Positions 7,234-16,970 of a stretch of 64,000 nt of DNA are shown piece by piece. Location: the NCBI GenBank assembly GCA_963716255.1, contig OY970303.1, positions 1,920,001-1,984,000 on the forward strand. Direction: 5' to 3'. This stretch comes from an uncultured Gemmatimonadales bacterium (GTDB lineage Bacteria; Gemmatimonadota; Gemmatimonadetes; Longimicrobiales; Longimicrobiaceae). The notes below the pieces were generated by a model. That model was not told the origin of the DNA. It searched no databases and was given only the letters and a program-made list of their open reading frames with translations. The translations under genes and the position numbers were made by a program. Within the stretch, counting starts at the first letter, position 1; the number at the start of each line of letters is the position of its first letter.

Positions 7234-9633
7234 TCAGAACGACACCTCCAGCCCGAGGGTCGGGAGCGAGGGGAACATGCTGATCCCGCTGCGCGTGGGC
7301 GGCGAGTTGTCGAAGTTGTAGAAGTAGAACAGCGGATTCCGCTTGTTGTACATGTTCAGCACCTGGAGGTACGGCGTCGCCGTCCCCCAGCGCGGCCGGA
7401 AGGTGCGGCGCAGCGACAGGTCCAGCCGGTGGTACGCCGGGTAGCGCTCGCCGTTGCGCGGCCCCAGCACCACGGCGAAGGGCGCGGGCCCTTCCTCGTC
7501 CTGCGGCGTGCGGCGCACCACGCGGTATTCGCCGGAGCTGAGGTCGTAGTCCCAGTCCACGTACTGCCCCAGCGGCCGCGTGTAGGGGATGCCGGAGCCG
7601 TAGTTCCAGCGCGCCCCCGCCTCCAGCTTCCAGGGAAGGTCGTACTGGAGCACCAGGTCCACGTCCACCCGGCGGTCGTACACCGGCGGGTAGTCGAGGG
7701 TGGGCGGCAGGTCGCTCCACCCCTCCGCCAGCGGGTCGGGGAGCGTCTGCCGGGCGCGCAGCAGCGAGAGCGCGGCCCACCCGCGCAGCCGCCCGGTGGT
7801 GCGGCGCAGCATGAAGTCCATGCCGTAGGAGCGCCCGTCGCCCTCCAGCAGGTTGTCCGACTCGTCGTTGGGGTCGTCCGCGAAGTTCACCGCGGTCACC
7901 CCGCGGAAGCGACGCCAGTACCCTTCCGCCGAAGCGTACCAGGCCTCGCCCCAGTACCGCTCGATCCCCGCCTGCGCCTGGTCCGAGACCACGGTGGGGA
8001 TGCTGGCGTCCGCCACGACCCAGGTGTCGTTGGAGAGCGGAAACGACTCGTCGCGCAGGGAGTGGAGGAACTGCGTGTAGCGCCCCACCGCCAGCTTCAC
8101 CGCGCCGTCGCGCTCGCGGCCGAAAAAGCGCTTCACCGACAGCCGCGGCGACAGCGTGGCGTGCGTGGTCTCCTGCGCGCGCCACGCGTCGCCGCGCAGG
8201 CCGGGCTCCACGATCCAGGCGTCGTCCGGGCGCCAGCGGAGCTGGGCGTAAGCGGCGCCCAGCACCCCGTCGTCCTCGGCGAAGAAGAAGTCGGTGCCCC
8301 CGGCCGTGCTGCGGTTGCGGTAGTCCAGGCGGTTCCCTTCCGCGCCCAGCCGCACGCCCAGACGCGGCGACAGCTCGCGGGCGAAGTCGCTGCGCAGGGT
8401 GAGCTGCTGGATGCGCGAGGAGAAGCGCGTGTCCGCGAAGTCCACGAAGCCCAGGGTCTCGCCGAAGCTGGAGAAGCCCAGCCTCGTGTCCGCCACCCAC
8501 GCGCCGAGCGGCTGGCTCCAGCGAAGGCCCGCCACGTCGTTCCCCCAGTTCCACCGCACGCGCAGGACGTCGCCCGCGTCGTCGTCGTCGCCGGGCGGGT
8601 CGAAGTCGCTGAGGTCCAGCACGTCGCGCCCGGTGTAGCCGGTGAAGCGCAGCGTGCCCCCGCCCGGCGTCCCCATCACGGCACCTGCCTGGAGATCGGT
8701 GAGATGGTAGGGGAAGCGGACCGGCTCGGGGAGGATGACGTCGAAGTAGGAGCGGCGCGCGGACACGTACGCCATCCCCCCGTCGCCGCCGAGGAGCGCG
8801 GGGAGCGGGGAGCGCAGCGCGAGCCGCGAGGCCAGCAGGGAGACGCCCGCCTCGCCGGTGATCCCGGGCGCGGCGTCGTCGCGGGTCTCCACGCCCAGCA
8901 CGGAGGAGACGCGCCCGCCGTACTCGGCCCCGAAGCCGCCGGCGAGCAGCTCGGCGCGGGCGACCACGTCGGAGTTGAAGACGCTGAACAGCCCGCCCAG
9001 GTGGAAGGGGTTGAAGACGGGGAAGCCGTCCAGGAGGATCAGGTTCTGGTCGGCGGAGCCGCCGCGGACGTGGAAGGCGCTGGAAAAGTCGGAGGTGGTG
9101 ACGACGCCGGGGAGCACCTCGATGGCGCGCAGGACGTCTGCCTCGGCGAGGCCGGGGAGCAGCTTGAGCTCGCGCCCGGTGATGACGCGCGCGGTGACGC
9201 CGGCCTCGGTCTCGAAGCGCGCCCGCTCGCGCTGGGTGTCGCGGGTGCTGCGCACCTCGATGCCCTCCACCTCGACGGCCGCCCCGCCGGAAAGCCGCAG
9301 CTCCACGCCGCGGCTCTCGCCGCTGGCCAGCCGCACCTCCGCCTCGGCGGCGGCGAAGCCGATGCGCTCGGCCCGCACCCGCCACAGCCCCGCCGGCACG
9401 CCCTCGAAACGGAAGGCGCCCGCCGCGTCGCTGGGCCCCGCCCGCAGCTGCGCCCCTTCGGCGCGGAACAGCCGCACCGTGGCTCCGGCCACGGGCGCCC
9501 CCTCGGGGTCCAGCACCCGCCCCGCGACGACGCCCCCCGCGCCCTGCGCGCGCGCCGCCCCCGCGAGCGCCAGCAGGAGACCAAGGAAGAGCGCCGCCCG
9601 GTGGCGGCCGGCGTGTCCGGGTGCTGCGGTCAT
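7234..9633 (-). CDS. TonB-dependent receptor with carboxypeptidase-like N-domain
   Basis: Signal peptide; GRVLD..GAPVAGATV; plug LPGV..VRGGSADQNLILLDG; C-terminal LGLEVSF. Confidence 0.92.
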   Translation of the reverse strand: MTAAPGHAGRHRAALFLGLLLALAGAARAQGAGGVVAGRVLDPEGAPVAGATVRLFRAEGAQLRAGPSDAAGAFRFEGVPAGLWRVRAERIGFAAAEAEVRLASGESRGVELRLSGGAAVEVEGIEVRSTRDTQRERARFETEAGVTARVITGRELKLLPGLAEADVLRAIEVLPGVVTTSDFSSAFHVRGGSADQNLILLDGFPVFNPFHLGGLFSVFNSDVVARAELLAGGFGAEYGGRVSSVLGVETRDDAAPGITGEAGVSLLASRLALRSPLPALLGGDGGMAYVSARRSYFDVILPEPVRFPYHLTDLQAGAVMGTPGGGTLRFTGYTGRDVLDLSDFDPPGDDDDAGDVLRVRWNWGNDVAGLRWSQPLGAWVADTRLGFSSFGETLGFVDFADTRFSSRIQQLTLRSDFARELSPRLGVRLGAEGNRLDYRNRSTAGGTDFFFAEDDGVLGAAYAQLRWRPDDAWIVEPGLRGDAWRAQETTHATLSPRLSVKRFFGRERDGAVKLAVGRYTQFLHSLRDESFPLSNDTWVVADASIPTVVSDQAQAGIERYWGEAWYASAEGYWRRFRGVTAVNFADDPNDESDNLLEGDGRSYGMDFMLRRTTGRLRGWAALSLLRARQTLPDPLAEGWSDLPPTLDYPPVYDRRVDVDLVLQYDLPWKLEAGARWNYGSGIPYTRPLGQYVDWDYDLSSGEYRVVRRTPQDEEGPAPFAVVLGPRNGERYPAYHRLDLSLRRTFRPRWGTATPYLQVLNMYNKRNPLFYFYNFDNSPPTRSGISMFPSLPTLGLEVSF

Positions 9634-9759
9634 CGCGTCTCGCTGCGGGGCTGGGCGTGGCGTGCGCGCGCCGTGCCGGCGCACGCGAGCCGAGTACCCC
9701 GGGTGCGGGGGGAAGGGTTCACGGACGGCGAGGGGACAGGGGACAGCCGGCAACGGCGA

Positions 9760-9892
9760 CCCCCTCCCCCGGCCCCCTCTCCCACGAGGGGAGAGGGGGA
9801 GAACGACACGGAAGTGGCGAGATTCGAAGCGTGGAGATTCCCCTCCCCCGGAACGGGGGAGGGTGGCGAGCCTCAAGCGAGCCGGGTGGGGC
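9760..9892. repeat. Repeat family C: CCCTC(T/C)CCC..GGG(A/G)GAGGG palindromes
   Basis: Two hairpins (9773-9799, 9841-9863); related copies near 25861, 39874, 39951 and 46209. Confidence 0.7.
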
Positions 9893-9896
9893 CACC

Positions 9897-10039
9897 GCGT
9901 GAGGGATTTCGGCCCGCAGGGGCGAGACCGCGCGGCTGTTTGCGCGGGCTCGACTCCGTTGCAGACGGTCGTTTCGTCTGCTACGGAGCCGAAGCCCGAC
10001 CCCGGCGCCAGCCGGGGGCACGCCCAAACCCGCCGTTCA
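9897..10039 (+). repeat. Repeat family A, copy 1 (~145 bp multi-hairpin element)
   Basis: GCGTGAGGGATTTCGGCCCG...GAAGCCCGACCCC...GGCACGCCC...GTTCA; 8 copies in the window. Confidence 0.92.
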
Positions 10040-10137
10040 GCCGTCGTAAAATCGTGACTTGACGCGGCACCGGCCCGGGGAGAGGTTTGAGGCCTGCCGC
10101 CCGGGGGGGGCGGAACCCGTTCCACTCCGGAGCCCGG

Positions 10138-10833
10138 ATGAAGGCGGACACTTACGCGAAGCTGGTCATCCTGGAGGCGCTGATCGACGCCGAGATCGGC
10201 CACTACCTGGAGCACCGTCCGGCGACGGCGGACCGCTTCCGGGAGGGGATCGTCGCGCGCGTGAGCGACCTGGTGGACCAGATCGACGCGCTGGACGCGG
10301 TGGCCGCGGCCCGGGTGTACGACGCCATCGTGGACTTCCTGGCCGAGCTCCCGGAGGACGAGGACGGGGTCGTGGAGGCGACGCTGCGCTTCAAGCGCGC
10401 GGTGGACCGCATCGTGGCGCGGGGGATGGAGGCGCGCGAGCTGGGCCAGCCTTCCACCTGGGCCGTGGTCCTGGACGAGCTGCTGGAGGAGCTGGCGGAC
10501 GAGTACCACGACGCGGTGCGGACCGGGGGCGAGGTGAGGCCGCGGGAGTACCTGCGCGCGCAGTTCCTGCTGGACCGCGCCCGCGAGGCGGCGGAGCGCA
10601 TCGCGTGGACCGGCGACCGCAAGGCGACGGCGGAGCTGCGCGACGGGATGGACCGCCTTCACTTCGCCGTGCGCAACCGCCGGCTCCACCCCACGGAGGT
10701 GGACCTGCTGATCCGCGGGCCGCAGCGCTTCGCCGCGCGGCTCCGGCCCTCGCCGCTGTCGCGGGTGGGGGCGTTCGTGATTGGGCAGCTCCTCCGCAGG
10801 CCCAGACCCCGCAAGGAGGGACGCAAGCCGTGA
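10138..10833 (+). CDS. Hypothetical alpha-helical protein
   Basis: GGAG RBS, strong GC3 bias, GTGA overlap with the next gene. Confidence 0.8.
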   Translation: MKADTYAKLVILEALIDAEIGHYLEHRPATADRFREGIVARVSDLVDQIDALDAVAAARVYDAIVDFLAELPEDEDGVVEATLRFKRAVDRIVARGMEARELGQPSTWAVVLDELLEELADEYHDAVRTGGEVRPREYLRAQFLLDRAREAAERIAWTGDRKATAELRDGMDRLHFAVRNRRLHPTEVDLLIRGPQRFAARLRPSPLSRVGAFVIGQLLRRPRPRKEGRKP

Positions 10834-11156
10834 GCACACCCGAGCGCGAGCGGCGCCTGGTCAGCATCCGCCGTTCCGTGGCGCCGGAGCGGCGCGACGA
10901 CTACGACGCGGCCTGGGGGCTGCTGCACGCGGCGGCCATGTCGCTCGGCGCCCACGCCTGGCGCTTCCGCGCGGCCGCGGTGCCGGACCTGTTCCTGGAG
11001 TTCCTGGAGTTCGGCGCGGACGCGGACCTGCGCGAGGACCCGGCGGCGCTGGCCGCGATCATGGCGCTGCACGAGAACTTCGGCGACCCGTACCCGGTGC
11101 CGAAGACGCTGGAAGAGTGGATCGAGATCCCCACCCCCGACCCGGAAGCCCCGTGA
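10830..11156 (+). CDS. Hypothetical protein
   Basis: GTG start after AAGGAGG; GTGA overlaps at both ends; VSTPERERRLVSIRR...LFLEFLEF. Confidence 0.8.
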   Translation: MSTPERERRLVSIRRSVAPERRDDYDAAWGLLHAAAMSLGAHAWRFRAAAVPDLFLEFLEFGADADLREDPAALAAIMALHENFGDPYPVPKTLEEWIEIPTPDPEAP

Positions 11157-11716
11157 CCGACCGCGACCGACTCCTGCGCCTGCTCGTGGAGCGCTCCCTC
11201 CGCCTGGGCGATTTCGTCCTGGCCTCGGGCGCGCGCAGCAGCTACTACATCGACTGCCGCACCACCACCACCCACGCGGAGGGGCAGTTCCGGGTGGGGC
11301 GGCTGGGGCTGGAGGCGCTGGAGCGCGAGGGGCTCGCGCCCGCGGCGGTGGGGGGTCTCACCATGGGCGCGGACCCGGTGGCGTACGCGGTGGCCCACGC
11401 GTCGTGGGTGGCGGGGCGCCCGGTAAACTCGTTCTCGGTGCGCAAGGAGGCCAAGGAGCACGGCACGGGGCGGCGGATCGAGGGGTGCTTCGCGGCGGGT
11501 GACCGGGTGGTGGTGGTGGAGGACGTGATCACCAGCGGCGGGAGCGCGCTGCGGGCGTGCGAGGCGGTGCGGGCGGAGGGGGGCGAGGTGCTGGGGGTGC
11601 TGGCGCTGGTGGACCGGGAGGGGGGTGGGAGGGAGGCGATCGAGGCGGCGGGGCACCGGGTGCTCTCGCTCTTTTGCGTCTCGGAGCTGCTGGAGGCGGC
11701 GGGCCGGCCGGCATAG
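11153..11716 (+). CDS. pyrE: Orotate phosphoribosyltransferase
   Basis: GDFVLASG..SSYYID, VRKEAKEHG, PRPP motif VVVVEDVITSGGS, LVDRE. Confidence 0.96.
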   Translation: MTDRDRLLRLLVERSLRLGDFVLASGARSSYYIDCRTTTTHAEGQFRVGRLGLEALEREGLAPAAVGGLTMGADPVAYAVAHASWVAGRPVNSFSVRKEAKEHGTGRRIEGCFAAGDRVVVVEDVITSGGSALRACEAVRAEGGEVLGVLALVDREGGGREAIEAAGHRVLSLFCVSELLEAAGRPA

Positions 11717-11763
11717 CGGGCCGCCGCGGCCGGGAGCGGGCGGGCCTCGCCCGCGCGGTGCAT

Positions 11764-11801
11764 CATGGAGCCCCCGGCGTACGTACGCCGGGGGCTCCAT
11801 G
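11764..11801. repeat. Perfect 38-bp palindrome (possible terminator)
   Basis: CATGGAGCCCCCGGCGTAC followed directly by its reverse complement, downstream of pyrE. Confidence 0.8.
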
Positions 11802-11851
11802 CGTGATTGGGCCCGTCCGCGAAGGGAACCGTGCCCTTTCGCATGCGCCGA

Positions 11852-11893
11852 ATAGTGGACATAGTTGACAGCGGGCCGCGCACACCCGATCTT
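11852..11893 (+). promoter_or_regulatory. Putative sigma70 promoter with a tandem 9-bp repeat over the -35
   Basis: TTGACA (11865-11870), 17 nt, GATCTT; ATAGTGGAC-ATAGTTGAC at 11852-11869. Confidence 0.45.
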
Positions 11894-11960
11894 GTCCGTG
11901 AGCAGGATTGGCCCAAGGCGGACGCATGGTCCGCCGTGTCCCGCAAACCGCCCACCGCCA

Positions 11961-12200
11961 ATGGCACAAGACACCCTACCCGCCGCGAACCAGCTGGACG
12001 ACGTCCTCGACCTCGCGCTGAACGCCCTGGAGCTCCTGGACCAGGCGGTCGGCCGCGGGTCCAGGCTCCCCATCCGCGACCGCGAGCGGGTGCGCGAGTA
12101 CCTGATGCCGGCGCGCAACCACCTGCGCAACTCCACGGAGTCGCTTCGCCAGAAGCTGGAGCGCGAGGCGACCCGGCGGGCGGCGGCGCGGTCGGGCTGA
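11961..12200 (+). CDS. Small helical hypothetical protein
   Basis: 79 aa MAQDTLPAANQLDDVLDLAL...; GC3 bias; upstream promoter candidate. Confidence 0.7.
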   Translation: MAQDTLPAANQLDDVLDLALNALELLDQAVGRGSRLPIRDRERVREYLMPARNHLRNSTESLRQKLEREATRRAAARSG

Positions 12201-12237
12201 GCGCGGGGAGAGCGGCGGGACGGACGGAGCGGGCGCT

Positions 12238-13530
12238 CTACAGGAGCGCCCGCTTCTTCACTTCCAGGTAGCGGTTGACCACGGCGGGGATGGCGTCCTG
12301 GGGCCGCGCGTCGGCGACGAGCACCCCGGCGCGCTGCATGGCCGCCAGCGCCACGGCGCGTGCCTCCAGCAGCTCCTCGGCGGCGGCGCGCCGGAACACG
12401 GCCGGCTCGTCGGCGGCGGGGGCGGTGGCGGCCGCCTCCAGCTCGGGGTTGCGGATGGCGACGGCGAGGGGGAGGTGTCGCCGGGTGGAGCGGATGAGGT
12501 GCGAGACCAGGGCGCCGGAGGCCTCGGCGTCGATGACGTCGGTGAAGAGGACCAGCAGCGAGCGCCTGCGCAGCTGCTTCGCCAGGTAGGTGAAGGCGGC
12601 GGGGTAGTTGGGCTCCACCATGCGCGCCTGCACGCTTCCCAGGGCGTCGGCCAGCCGCGACAGCGTGATCTGCGACGGGGGCAGGTACTGCTCCACGCGG
12701 TCGGCGAAGACCAGCAGCCCCACCCGGTCGCCGTGCGCGGAGGCGACGTCGGCGAGGAGAAGGGCGGCGGACAGGGCGTGGTCGATGCGCGCGCGCCCGC
12801 CGATGCGCTGGGTCATCAGCCGCCCGGCGTCGATGGCGAGCAGGACGTTCTGCCGGCGCTCGGCCTCGTACTGCCGGATGGTGAGGGTGGCGCGGCGGGC
12901 GGTCGCCTTCCAGTCGAGCGTGCGGGGATCGTCGCCGCGCACGTAGTCGCGCAGCGACTCGAACGAGCCGCCCTCCCCCCGCTGGCGCACGCTGCGGATC
13001 CCGGCGTCGCGCAGCCGGTGCCGCATCCCCAGCAGCCGATGCCGCCGCACCTCCAGCACGCCCGGCTGCACCCGCAGCGGGTCCGCCCGGCGCTCCCGCC
13101 TCTGGCTCCACACCAGCCCCAGCGGCCCGGCCACGCGCAGGTGCACGTCGCCGTACGCGGCGTCGCCGCGCTCCCGCGCCAGCACCCGGTACACGGCGTC
13201 CGCTTCGCGCCGCGCCGGCACGGTGAGCTCGTGGACCTCGGCGCCCTCGCGCTCCAGCAGCGGGGGCAGGTCGTCGGTGACGCGCAGTCGGACGGCGCGG
13301 TCGGTGGCGTTGACCACCCGCAGCCGCACCTCCGCCGCGCCGCCCAGCGCGACGCGGTCCGGCGCGCGCCGCTCCACCCGCAGCCCGCCGCGCCGGGGCA
13401 CGAGCAGGGCGTCCGCCGCGGCCGCGAGGAGCAGCACGGCGTCCGCCGCGAGCGCCAGGCGCGCGTCGAGCAGGAAGAGGAGCGAGGCGGCCGCGAGCGC
13501 GGCGAGGAGGCGGCGGGTGGGAAGAGGCAC
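12238..13530 (-). CDS. DUF58 / VWA-like MoxR-associated protein
   Basis: FESLRDYVRGDDPRTLDWKATAR signature, IDAGRLM; N-terminal TM; GTG start inferred. Confidence 0.9.
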   Translation of the reverse strand: MPLPTRRLLAALAAASLLFLLDARLALAADAVLLLAAAADALLVPRRGGLRVERRAPDRVALGGAAEVRLRVVNATDRAVRLRVTDDLPPLLEREGAEVHELTVPARREADAVYRVLARERGDAAYGDVHLRVAGPLGLVWSQRRERRADPLRVQPGVLEVRRHRLLGMRHRLRDAGIRSVRQRGEGGSFESLRDYVRGDDPRTLDWKATARRATLTIRQYEAERRQNVLLAIDAGRLMTQRIGGRARIDHALSAALLLADVASAHGDRVGLLVFADRVEQYLPPSQITLSRLADALGSVQARMVEPNYPAAFTYLAKQLRRRSLLVLFTDVIDAEASGALVSHLIRSTRRHLPLAVAIRNPELEAAATAPAADEPAVFRRAAAEELLEARAVALAAMQRAGVLVADARPQDAIPAVVNRYLEVKKRALL

Positions 13531-13597
13531 GGGAGGGGGAGTGGGGATGGAGGAAGTCCTCACCGGCGCGAGAGATGTCGCGGCCGCGGCGGCAGCT

Positions 13598-13745
13598 GCG
13601 TGAGGGATTTCGGCCCGAAGGGGCGAGACCCGGCGGGGCTGTTTCCGCCGGGGCTCGACTCCGTTAGCCCGCGTTGTTTGCGGGCTTACGGAGCCGAAGC
13701 CCGACCCCCGCGCCCCGCGGGGGGCACGCCCGACCCTGCTGTTCA
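13598..13745 (+). repeat. Repeat family A, copy 2
   Basis: Same scaffold as 9897-10039 with an alternative central stem TAGCCCGC-GTTGTTT-GCGGGCTT. Confidence 0.92.
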
Positions 13746-13821
13746 GCCGTGCAGTCGAAAAAAGCCGGGCCCCCCCAGAAACCTCCGGAACCCGGCTCAT
13801 ACTACAATCCAAGCAATCCGC

Positions 13822-15894
13822 TTACCAGACCCTCACGCGCTTGTCGGCGGGCAGGTACATGCCGTCGCCCTCCCTGACGCCGAACGCCGCGTAGAACTGC
13901 GGCATGTTGCGCAGCGGCACGTTGGTGCGGAACTCGCCCGGCGCGTGCGGGTCGCTGAGCAGCTGCCGCTGGAGCGAGGCCTCGCGCTCCTTTGCCCGCC
14001 AGATCCCCGCGAACCCCAGGAAGAAGCGCTGGTCGCCGGTGAACCCGGCGATGACCGGGGCTTCCCGCCCGCCCAGCGAGCGCCGGTAGGCGTTGTACGC
14101 CATGGTGACGCCGCTCAGGTCGCCGATGTTCTCGCCCAGCGTGAGCCGGCCGTTGATGCGCGTGCCGGGGACGGGCTCGAAGGCGCCGTACTGCTCCACC
14201 AGAGCGTCGCCGCGGGTCCTGAACTCCGCCAGGTCGGCGTCGGACCACCAGTTGCGCAGGTTGCCGTCGCCGTCGGAGCGGGAGCCCTGGTCGTCGAAGC
14301 CGTGGCTGATCTCGTGCCCGATCACCGCGCCGATGGCCCCGTAGTTCACCGCGTCGTCGGCGTCCGGGTTGAAGAAGGGCGGCTGGAGGATGGCGGCCGG
14401 GAACACGATCTCGTTCATCGTGCTGCTGTAGTACGCGTTCACCGTCTGCGGGGTCATCGCCCACTCGCTGCGGTCGATGGGCCTGCCCAGCCGGCCGACC
14501 ATCTCGGTGAAGCGGAACTGGCTGGCGCGCCGCAGGTTGCCGGCCAGGTCGCCGGGGCGGACCTCCAGGCTGGAGTAGTCGCGCCAGCGCTCGGGGTAGC
14601 CGATCTTGACGGTGAACTTCGCCAGCTTGGCCTGCGCCTGCGCCCTGGTGGCGGGGCTCATCCAGTCGAGCTGGTCGATCCCCTCGCGGTAGGCGGCCAG
14701 GAGGTTGGCGATCATCCCCTCCATGCGGGCCTTCTGCGCGGGCGTGAAGTGCCGCTCCACGTACAGGCGGCCGGCCGCCTCGCCCAGGTTGCGGTTCACG
14801 GCGCCGACGGCGCGGTCCCACCGGGGGCGCGGCGCCTGGATCCCGGAAAGCACCCGTTCGCGGAAGTCGAAGCGGGCCTGCGCGAAGGCTCGCGGCAGGG
14901 TGGCCGCGGCGGCGTCCAGCACCTTGTAGGTGAGGTACTGCTTCACCACCGGGAGCGGGGTGCGGCCCAGGATGCTGTCCATGGCCTGCAGGTAGTCCGG
15001 CTGCGACACCACGACCCCCGGGCTCTTGTCGGCGCCGGTGGCCTGGAGGAAGCGCGTCCAGGAGAAGCCGGGGGTGAGCCGGTCCAGCTCGGCCGCGGTC
15101 TTCAGGTTGTAGGTGGCCTCGCGGTCGCGGCTGCGGGCGCGGTCCCAGTGGCGCCCGGCGAGCTGCGTCTCCAGCGCGACCACGCTCCGGGCGGCGCCGG
15201 CCGGGTCGGGCTGGCCGGCCAGGCGGAACAGCGTCTCCACGTACCGCTGGTACGCGGCGCGGGTCTCCTGGAAGCTGGCGTCCTGCTTGAGGTAGTAGTC
15301 GCGGTCGGGGAGCCCCAGCCCGGACTGGCCGACCCCGGCGATGTAGCGCGTGGCGACGCGGGGATCCTGGCGGACGTTGAAGCTGAAGGGCGTCTGCACG
15401 CCGGTGCGCACGAGCGCGGCGAACAGCTCGGGGAGCTGCCCGCGGTCGCGGAGCGCGGCGATGCGCGCCAGCTCGCCCTGGACGGGCCGGATCCCCGCCG
15501 CCTCGATGGCCGCGGTGTCCATGTAGCTGAGGTACAGGTCGGCCACCTTCTGCAGCTCGCTGCCGGGCTGCCAGTTGGGGGTGGCGGCCGCGCGCTCGAC
15601 GATCTCGCGCATGGCGGCGTTGCTCTGCTCGTCCAGCAGGTCGAAGCTCCCCAGCCCGGTGCGGTCGGCGGGGATCTGCGTGGTGTTCAGCCACCCGCCG
15701 TGGACGTAACGGAAGAAGTCGTCCTGCGGCCGGACGCTGCGGTCGAAGCCGGCCGTGTCGACGCCGAGCACGGGCGTGCGGGAGGCCGTGGGGGGAGTGC
15801 CGTCCTGCGCCTGGAGCATTGGAGCCGCGGCCGCGGCGAGCACGCCGATGCCGAGCACGCCCGGGAGCAGGCGCCTGGAAAGGTTGAGCGTCAT
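13822..15894 (-). CDS. M13 family (neprilysin/PepO-like) metallopeptidase, secreted
   Basis: PQDDFFRYV, VNAYY, HEISH zinc motif, GENIGD, DPHAP; signal peptide. Confidence 0.95.
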   Translation of the reverse strand: MTLNLSRRLLPGVLGIGVLAAAAAPMLQAQDGTPPTASRTPVLGVDTAGFDRSVRPQDDFFRYVHGGWLNTTQIPADRTGLGSFDLLDEQSNAAMREIVERAAATPNWQPGSELQKVADLYLSYMDTAAIEAAGIRPVQGELARIAALRDRGQLPELFAALVRTGVQTPFSFNVRQDPRVATRYIAGVGQSGLGLPDRDYYLKQDASFQETRAAYQRYVETLFRLAGQPDPAGAARSVVALETQLAGRHWDRARSRDREATYNLKTAAELDRLTPGFSWTRFLQATGADKSPGVVVSQPDYLQAMDSILGRTPLPVVKQYLTYKVLDAAAATLPRAFAQARFDFRERVLSGIQAPRPRWDRAVGAVNRNLGEAAGRLYVERHFTPAQKARMEGMIANLLAAYREGIDQLDWMSPATRAQAQAKLAKFTVKIGYPERWRDYSSLEVRPGDLAGNLRRASQFRFTEMVGRLGRPIDRSEWAMTPQTVNAYYSSTMNEIVFPAAILQPPFFNPDADDAVNYGAIGAVIGHEISHGFDDQGSRSDGDGNLRNWWSDADLAEFRTRGDALVEQYGAFEPVPGTRINGRLTLGENIGDLSGVTMAYNAYRRSLGGREAPVIAGFTGDQRFFLGFAGIWRAKEREASLQRQLLSDPHAPGEFRTNVPLRNMPQFYAAFGVREGDGMYLPADKRVRVW

Positions 15895-15995
15895 GGAGGC
15901 GTAGTTCGAGGAGGGAGACGAATACCCCGGAGGGCTGAAATTTCAGTGCTGAAATATAACCCCTGCAAGGATTTACCGGAACCCACCACACCTCG

Positions 15996-16298
15996 TCAAT
16001 CCAGGTCCGGAACGTCTTCCGGTCCTAGTAGACGAGCAGTGTGGAAGACCGTGGCGATCGCCACGGTGTCCTGATGCACCCGGTAAACGATGCGGTAGCT
16101 GCCGAGCAGGACTTCGCGCAATCCCGAGCGTCGGAACTCGGGGACTTCCCGGCCAGAAAGCGGAAAATCGACCAGCCGCTCGACGGACTCGAAGATGCGG
16201 TCCACGAAAAGGTCGGCGAAGTGCGGTGCGTCCCGGGCGATGAAGTCGCGGATCTCCACAACGTCGGAGAGTGCCTGGTCGGACCAGACGACTCTCAC
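15996..16298 (-). CDS. RelE/ParE family toxin
   Basis: VVWSDQALSDV..I..FIARD..LVDFPLSGREVPE..YRIVYRV; overlaps the upstream small gene by GTGA. Confidence 0.9.
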   Translation of the reverse strand: MRVVWSDQALSDVVEIRDFIARDAPHFADLFVDRIFESVERLVDFPLSGREVPEFRRSGLREVLLGSYRIVYRVHQDTVAIATVFHTARLLGPEDVPDLD

Positions 16299-16477
16299 GT
16301 GCGGCCGAGCCTGCGCTTCGCCTCTTCGTGAGAAATGGTCTGGCCCGCCTCGATCTGCTTAAGTCCGCGCTCGACCTTGTGCAGGAAGTATAGCCGCTCC
16401 ATCACGGCGTCCAGGCCCACGTCGGACGGGAGCTGCTCGATTGCCCGGATCGCCTGTTCCTTCGCGCTGCCGTTCAT
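16295..16477 (-). CDS. Cognate antitoxin (60 aa)
   Basis: AKEQAIRAIEQLP..MERLYFLHKVERGLKQIEAGQTISHEEAK; directly upstream of the toxin. Confidence 0.85.
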   Translation of the reverse strand: MNGSAKEQAIRAIEQLPSDVGLDAVMERLYFLHKVERGLKQIEAGQTISHEEAKRRLGRT

Positions 16478-16518
16478 ATGCCGCTCAGGTCGACTGTGGA
16501 TGAAGAGTCAACATCCGG

Positions 16519-16672
16519 ATCATACCGCAGGCAGTCGGAGCGGTTCCGAACCCGCCGCCGGCATCCTGCGTCACCCGTCTTTGCCACCGCTCCCCCTCCA
16601 CGCCGTCCCGCGCGCCATCGAGGAACTCCTTATATGTCCTGCATTCCCTGCGCCGCCTCCCGGCCGAGCTTG
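16519..16672 (-). repeat. Degenerate duplicate of the 3' end of gene 17281-17628 and its downstream motif
   Basis: ATCATACCGCA..GCGGTTCCGAAC also at 17247-17279; encodes KLGREAAQG and KEFLDGARDGVEGER versus KLGQEAAAQG and KEFLDGAREGGEGER. Confidence 0.75.
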
Positions 16673-16675
16673 AGA

Positions 16676-16970
16676 TCAGCCTCGCCTGTACCAGGGGCGA
16701 GGATCCTGGCGCCAGTGCGCACACCCGACCACGACGATCTCCTCGTCTGACGCGGTATAGATGAGGCTGTAGGGGAACCTGCGCAGGGGGGCACGTCGCA
16801 GGTCGTTCCGTATGACGGGGTACTGGCGCGGGTTGCGCCGGACGGAGGCAAGGGTCGCATCGAGTGCCCGGAGGAATTCGGCACTCAGGCCCGAGGCGCT
16901 CCTCATACCATGCCGTCGCGTCGGAGATCTCTTCCAGCGCTTCGGGGCGTACAACGAGCCGGAGGCTCAC
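16676..16970 (-). pseudogene. Frameshifted RelE/ParE family toxin
   Basis: VSLRLVVRPEALEEISDATAWYEER and GLSAEFLRALD..RRFPYSLIY..H lie in different frames; span 295 nt; shift near 16895. Confidence 0.8.
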
